A stretch of DNA of 63,235 bases, the filler included, from Perkinsus olseni (taxonomy: Eukaryota): the NCBI GenBank assembly GCA_013115125.1. It is 3 parts of 3 records of this genome, joined end to end, with 100 filler letters (N's around TTAATTAATTAA, not from the genome) between each part and the next. Parts side by side here need not be neighbours in the genome. Positions count along the whole stretch, not along the records: positions 42,337 to 63,235 come from JABANN010000564.1; 2 more parts are not named here. One strand, given 5' to 3'. The notes under the pieces are model-generated. The model was not told where the DNA came from. It searched no databases and saw nothing but the letters and a program-made list of their open reading frames with translations. This document shows positions 61,745 to 63,235 of this stretch, piece after piece; the first letter of the stretch is position 1, and every line of letters begins with the position of its first letter. Both the position numbers and the translations under genes were made by a program.

Positions 61745-63235
61745 CACACTCCGGAAGGCTCTACCGAGTACTTCCACAGATCTAGAGGTGACATAACGAT
61801 CTTTGTGTTTGGCATCTCGTTGTTATTGCCTAGAGTGTTGATCTCTCAGCCGCTATCCACCCTCACCGGTTACACCGCGCGGTATTGCCTGCTCTGTTCC
61901 CAGCCTTAGCCAGTGCCCGCGACTTCGGATGTTCGGATGTGATGACCTCCGCCTACCCACCCGAGCTTAGTGACCCCTTGGGATGGGCTGCTGATCTCCG
62001 ACCGACTCTCGGCACGACACGCCATTCACTCAGATCTTGCCCCCGCATGGGTTACAGGCGCTCGCTACACACCCGGCTTATTACTTCCCGGTCGTCACAG
62101 TCCCAGCTAGTACAATCAGAACGCAATCGGGAATGGAGTGGTATGGCCTGCCCACTTGCCATTTGTGAAACTTGTCCCACCTTCTCGAGAATAACGTGAA
62201 GCGAGACGCCTCTTCAACGGTGGTGGATGCACTTGCGAATCATGGTGAAGAGTAACTCTCAAGAAAATCCCCACCATTGGAGAAGTTCGAGCAGCTAGGT
62301 ACCAGATACAGAGCAAAGTCGGGTGGGAACAGGCATAACAGCGATGAGTTGTTTTCGATGCACTAGAGGGGAATGACGGTCACTGTTAAATAGTCATAAC
62401 CCGAGAGCAGACGGGCTGACAAGCAGGCCGGAGTATCAATACGGTGGCGTATTTCAATGACCGTTTGTTTCGGCATAGACTTGCCGCGGTTTGCAACTGG
62501 CAGATGCTCTGCGCTTGGTTTGAAATGTCCTCTCAGGCAGGAACGGTCTCTTCACCTGCGATATCCGATGGTATGATAAGAATCCACTCCTGTAAAACAG
62601 ACGAAAGAATAAGAATAGATGACGCGCCGCAGGAGAAAGACACGCTTTCCAGCAGTATCCGGCACACTTCGACAGTACTTTCGCCGATCGATGGGCTCTG
62701 AGAGAAACCGAATCTGGTGCAAAACACTCCGATCAGAAGCTGCTATAGTGTGGTCGGTCCAATCTGTTAGCTGAACTGGTTCCTAACTAGTTCAACCCCC
62801 ACTCATGGGCCTCGCCCACCCACAAACTAAAGTTGTACATGGTAGACTTCCTCCTCGACCCTCATTATGAGGGCCTCATAGGTATCATGTCTGGTGCATC
62901 CCGAAACGCATGCGATATTCACCACCTTCGTCTCGCACCCACATGGTCATTCTTTCGGAGATTCTTTAGTAACCCTTCTTGTTCAGCGAAAGCGAGAACA
63001 GCTCTCGTCCTAAGCCCTTCAGCTTCATGCTCCACAAGTCTCGAGGTGCTTCGACGTCATGTGTGGCTAGTTTACCTATCCTACGCACACTCCGGAAGGC
63101 TCTACCGAGTACTTCCACAGATCAAGAGGTGACAAAACGATCTTTGTGTTTGGCATGTCGATGTTATTGCCTAGAGTGTTGATCTCTCAGCCGCTATCCG
63201 CCCTCACCGGTTCCACCGCGCGGTATTGCCTGCTC
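61745..63235 (+). repeat. Direct repeat of at least 150 nt (61745-61894 and 63086-63235)
   Basis: Near-identical copies 1341 nt apart with a handful of substitutions; the second copy runs off the window end. Confidence 0.9.

Overview
Intron-rich eukaryotic DNA from an alveolate, most likely Perkinsus-like (inferred from two alveolin genes, many 40-60 nt GT-AG introns and lineage-type secreted paralogs). The window is three contigs joined by N-TTAATTAATTAA-N linkers (21070-21168, 42237-42335), so adjacency across the linkers is not biological evidence. Contig 1 has two NPEPL1-type M17 aminopeptidases interleaved with three copies of an intronless secreted-protein family (one pseudogene), retroelement relics and a coiled-coil gene. 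Contig 2 has a mucin-like tail, ALG14, kynureninase, a Ski8/WDR61-like WD40 gene, three tandem uncharacterised 'FVGMS...GGK(L/F)G' membrane proteins and a truncated SUC/SLC45 transporter. Contig 3 has a tight minus-strand run (U2AF65-like, choline kinase, YIF1, hypothetical, CCT7) followed by two plus-strand alveolins. The main unexplained signals are a recurrent non-coding motif GTATCTTAGGTTGAAGC, the patchwork-converted membrane-protein triplet, a dispersed TGTGAGTTTATAGTCCAACG element, orphan tRNA T-arm/B-box relics, a possible spliced-leader relic, perfect palindromes with a 1-nt centre, and a choline kinase with a predicted membrane tail. All gene models were spliced by eye; no database search was run.
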